64,000 nucleotides of DNA from Takakia lepidozioides (Eukaryota; Plantae; Bryophyta). The notes beneath the pieces are model-generated. The model saw only the letters and a list, made by a program, of their open reading frames with translations, did no database searches and was not told the origin of the DNA. A program made the translations under genes and the position numbers. The stretch is from NCBI GenBank assembly GCA_030704615.1, contig CM060732.1:35030001-35094000 (forward strand), in the 5' to 3' direction. Shown here piece after piece: positions 60,183-64,000 of the stretch; the first letter of the stretch is position 1, and each line of letters begins with the position of its first letter.

Positions 60183-61531
60183 GGGGGCACCCCTGTCTGA
60201 CGGATCTGGAAAATAGGGAAAGAATATGAAATAACTCCATTGACCATGACCCGGCTGGATGCAAACCGAAGCAATATCTGGACCCATGCAAGGAAGTGAT
60301 CCCCAAGCCCTGCTTTTTCCAACACCTTGAACAAGAAATCCCAGTCTATAGAGTCAAATGCTTTTTCGAAATCCAACATGAGAAAAGCCAAGGGTTGATT
60401 ATTCAGGTGAGCTCTGTGGAGGGCTTCATGGGCGAGGAGAATGTTGTCCAGTATCATACGATCCTTAAGGAAACATGTTTGATCCTTCCTGATAATGTTG
60501 GGCAGCAGCGGTTGAAGCCTCAAGGCCAAGGCTTTCGCAATTATCTTGTACGTGGAGTTCAAAAGGGTGATAGGCCGGTAGTTGGCCTTGTTGTTTTTCT
60601 CCCCCTTTTTGTAGATTAGAGTGATAAGCCCTCAGAGATCTGGGAAGGCATAATTTTTTTTATGCTGGATGTCATTTGCCATGGACTAGAACTCCTCCCC
60701 TATGGTCTGCCAGAGCACTTTGTACAGTTCAATTGGAAGCCCGTCCAACCCTGGCGATTTCATTGAAGCCATGGACTCCACCGACACCCCGGCCAGTTCC
60801 TGCATGTTGAGAGGTTTTGCCAGGGCAGATTTCTCTGTGTTAGAGAGAACGCAAGGAACATGTCGAACTAGGGCTGCTGTGGCCTGCTCTTTTTGGTTAG
60901 AGTTGTCTCTCTTTTGAAAAAATGCCTAGAAGTAAGCGGCAGCAAGGGAGGCCATATTTTTTGGGTTGTCCACCATCAGTCCAGAGACGGGATCTTGCAG
61001 GGCTGGAACCATGGTTGCCGCTCTCCTGTGAGCCGCTTTGGCAAAAAAATATTTTGTCATTTCTCACCCTTCAGCGACCAATTAACCCATGCCTTGATCT
61101 TCATGAATTGCTCATTGGCATGCAGCAGAAAGGAAAGATTTCTTTTTGCGGTTCTGTATGCATCCATGGTGTAGGGGCCCTCATGACCAGTTTGCAGCTG
61201 ATACTGGCAAATTTCCAAGCATTTGGTTGAATGCTTTTACCCTGCGTTTGTTCTCTTCTGCTTTGGCCCTTGAGATCTCTTGACACTTGTTTCTGAGAAT
61301 TTTCAATTTTGCCAGGAAACGAATCGTAGGGGAGCTGAAGGGGATGACTGCAGATGTCCATGTCTCCTGCAGGGCTCGTACCACCTCCTGATCTTTGAGG
61401 ATGGATGGGTTGAGTTTGAAGCAGCCTCTTCCTCTGACCTTAGAGCCTGGGGCGGTCACCATAATCTGAACCGCCGAGTGGTCAAAACCTGGCAGGATGG
61501 GTTCAATAGGTGAGCATTTGGTCCAACCTAA
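60183..61531 (-). mobile_element. L1/Tx1-type LINE ORF2 fragment (end of APE endonuclease, linker, N-terminal RT)
   Basis: FDHSAV, FKLNPSIL, NYRPITLLNSTYKIIAKALALRL, LDFEKAFDSIDW, SVRQGCPL. Frameshifts present. Confidence 0.92.
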
Positions 61532-61719
61532 CAAGGAGATAGTGGTGTGCAGCTACGGCGTGAGCCTAGCCGCGCGAGCCCAAGAGCTCAGCTCACGCTT
61601 TGCCCTCTAAGCGTGAGCCCAGGGGTTTAGTGGAGGAAGAAGCAGGCCCCATACCCGAGTCCTCTGTTTAGAGAGGGTCCTATTGTCGTGGAAGTAGTTA
61701 TAGCGCTTAAGAAAAAAGG

Positions 61720-62870
61720 TATAGAAAGAATGGAATGGTCATTGTGAAACTTATTGAGGTTTTCTTATTGAAGAAGAGGTGGAAAAAAAAGGCTGGGTGA
61801 GTCATCATGAATCTTACTTAGGGATTCTTGCATGAACAAGAGGCAAGAAAAGTTTGGATGCTCATTGTCAAGCTATCTGACGTTTCCAATATTTCATCCA
61901 TGGTGGATGGATAATGGATGGATGAAATATTGAAGGAGAGGTTAAAAATAATGAGGATGGGCAAGAACAGGCCCCAAAATGGAACCCCTCATTGTGAAAC
62001 ATGCAATGGTTTTTGTTAATGTAGATGAGGTGAAAATTAAACAGATGGTCATCTTCAAGCTTATTTAGGCTTTGTTTGTGAAGAAGATGTGTAACAAAAT
62101 GAGCAGTTTATTGTGGAACTTGTTCAGGTTTGTGTTATTGAAGATGAGGTGAAAAAAAACACATGGTCATTGTGATTGAATATTTAGGGTGTCTTTGTGA
62201 AGAAGAGGTTAAAAAAAACATTGAGCTATCCTTGTGAAACTTGTTTAGGATTCTGTTATTGAAGAAGAGGTGAAAAAAAAAGTTAAGCTCTATCATTGTC
62301 AAACTTGTTCAGGTTTCTGTTATTGAAGAAGAGGAGAAAAAAAAAATCAGATGGTCATAATGAATGTTTATTTAGGGTTTGTTTGTGAAGAAGAGGTGAA
62401 AAAAAGGTGAAAAAAAAACTTGAGCTCTACCATTGTCAAACTTCTTCAGGTTTCTGTTATTGAAGAAGAGGTGAAGAAAATCCAACTGGTCATCATGAAT
62501 GCTTATTTAGGGTTTGTTTGTGAAGAAGAGGTGAAAAAAATTGAGCTCTATCATTGTCAATCTTGTTCAGGTTTCTGTTGATGAAAAAGAGGTGAATAAA
62601 AAATCAGATGTCATCATGAAGAAATTAGGGTTTGTTTGTGAAGAAGAGGTGAAAAAAAAATCATATGGTCATCATGAATGCTTATTTAGGGTTTGTTTGT
62701 ATAGAGGACGTGGAAAACAAATGAGCTGTCATTGTGAAACTTGTTCAGGTGCCTGTTATTCAAGAAGAAATGGAAAACCAAACAGATGGTCATCATGAAG
62801 CTCATTTACGCAATGCTTATGTAGAGGCCATGAAAAAATAAAATGAGCTTTCATACTGACACTTGTCCAT
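61720..62870. repeat. Satellite-like array, ~58-60-bp subunits in ~120-bp dimers
   Basis: Recurring GAAGAAGAGGTGAAAAAAA with alternating ATGGTCATCATGAATG and TGAGCTCTATCATTGTCAAAC spacers. Confidence 0.9.
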
Positions 62871-63149
62871 GTTTGGTAGGCCCTCGAACAAAAAAAAGAT
62901 TTTATTTATTTATTTATTTTTGGGCCCGGGGCAATATTGGGGGTGGGGGCAGAAGTGGTGTGCATTGACGCACTCAATTTTAGAGGCTCGTTAACCAAAC
63001 CCGATGAAAAAATAAATTACCTTTCATAACGAGACATCGCCTGCTTGTCCAGATTTAAAAACTGTGTATACATGTTCTACAAACAAGGCAGCCCTTTCCG
63101 ACATTGCGAAATATCGCAACATATGCAACACTACTCGATATTACCAATG

Positions 63150-63600
63150 TCTTGCTGCAAAAGTGTCCGTACCTCACCAGGACCTAGTGTCGCCTGGTGA
63201 ATGATTTGGTCTCTTTTGGGATCACAATACATCATGCGCAAAAAGATGTAGTAAAGATGCTTGCATGGATCTCATTTCCCTCTCTTTCCTAGAGCTTCCT
63301 CACGCATACACACGAAGTCGGAACAGGTACACCCCGGAAAATTTTCCACCGTCACCTGATAGGCCCTGTCGTGCAAAACAGACCCAGATGTGACCAAAGT
63401 ATAAACCCGTCCATACCCAGGTGAAGGTACTTCCATAGTTCCTGTTACCCGAGCCTGAAGTAGTCTGGCCGATTCCACCTTCGCATCGATCAGGCCCCGA
63501 AGCCACCGGATGCACTATTTTGCCATTCCTTCTCGTGGGATGCGAAGTATCGTCTAGAGGAGGCACCATAGTAGCAAGGCCACCAAGAGTCGACGCCACA
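63150..63600 (-). pseudogene. SWIM zinc-finger protein fragment (TE-associated), in-frame stop
   Basis: YQVTVENFPGCTCSDF...GK*DPCKHLYYIF (CxC-xn-CxH). Confidence 0.75.
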
Positions 63601-64000
63601 GATCGGTGCAGACGAAAGCCGGCGTCCTCCAACTTGCCAATCTCCAGTTCGTCAATGATCATCCTAAAATCATGATCATGAAAAAATTGAGTGTGTTGAC
63701 GCACTCGGTTCTTGGGGGGGGGGGGGGGGGTTCCCCCAAAACCCGCCGGGTACCCGAGGTGAAAATCCGGACCCGCACCTGTCGTCGATGATCATTCTGA
63801 AATCATGATCATGAAGAAATTGAGTGCGTTGACACACTAAGTTCTCCCGGGGGGGGGGGAGGAGAGGGAACCAAGATTATTTATTTATTTATTTATTTTT
63901 GTTATCATACAATCTGTCACGATGAGATGTCGCCGGGAGCTTGCAAGCTACTTGAAAGCCTCGGGGATGCGGATTATCAAGACCTGGAACTGTGTCAACA

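Noticed and set aside
61720-62870. CRISPR-like periodicity (also 38827-39385 and 59257-59868)
   Set aside because: Spacers are themselves repeated, no cas genes are present, and the context is eukaryotic; these are tandem repeats.

Overview
Eukaryotic, intron-containing, TE-rich nuclear DNA, most consistent with a seed-free land plant with motile sperm (bryophyte-like; this is inferred from gene content). Host genes: a degenerate mitochondrial NFU (NifU-like) gene (5.6-7.9 kb, -), a short basic single-HMG-box gene (10.0-11.3 kb, +), two intronless paralogous H1-derived Arg-rich protamine-like genes (13.0-13.7 kb and 34.8-35.5 kb, -), and an intronless VQ-motif gene (41.7-42.9 kb, -). The two protamine-like genes share an identical 18-nt 3'UTR hairpin with histone-mRNA stem-loop geometry and a conserved TATA-like/CCAAT promoter. 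Between them lies a TE nest. One member is a 9-kb Ty3/Gypsy element whose single polyprotein carries a C5-cytosine methyltransferase domain and a C-terminal PHD finger, and whose terminal repeats are arranged A...B-A-B instead of as two LTRs. Another is a Gypsy (chromovirus-like) element with a 5-bp TSD and a 3.15-kb internal inversion breaking exactly after YVDD, inserted in a PIF/Harbinger transposase. Other relics: Gypsy integrase plus extra ORF, PPR fragment, piggyBac transposase and piggyBac-type MITE, L1-type LINE, SWIM and OTU fragments, tRNA-like heads and several tandem repeats. All calls were made by eye, without database searches.
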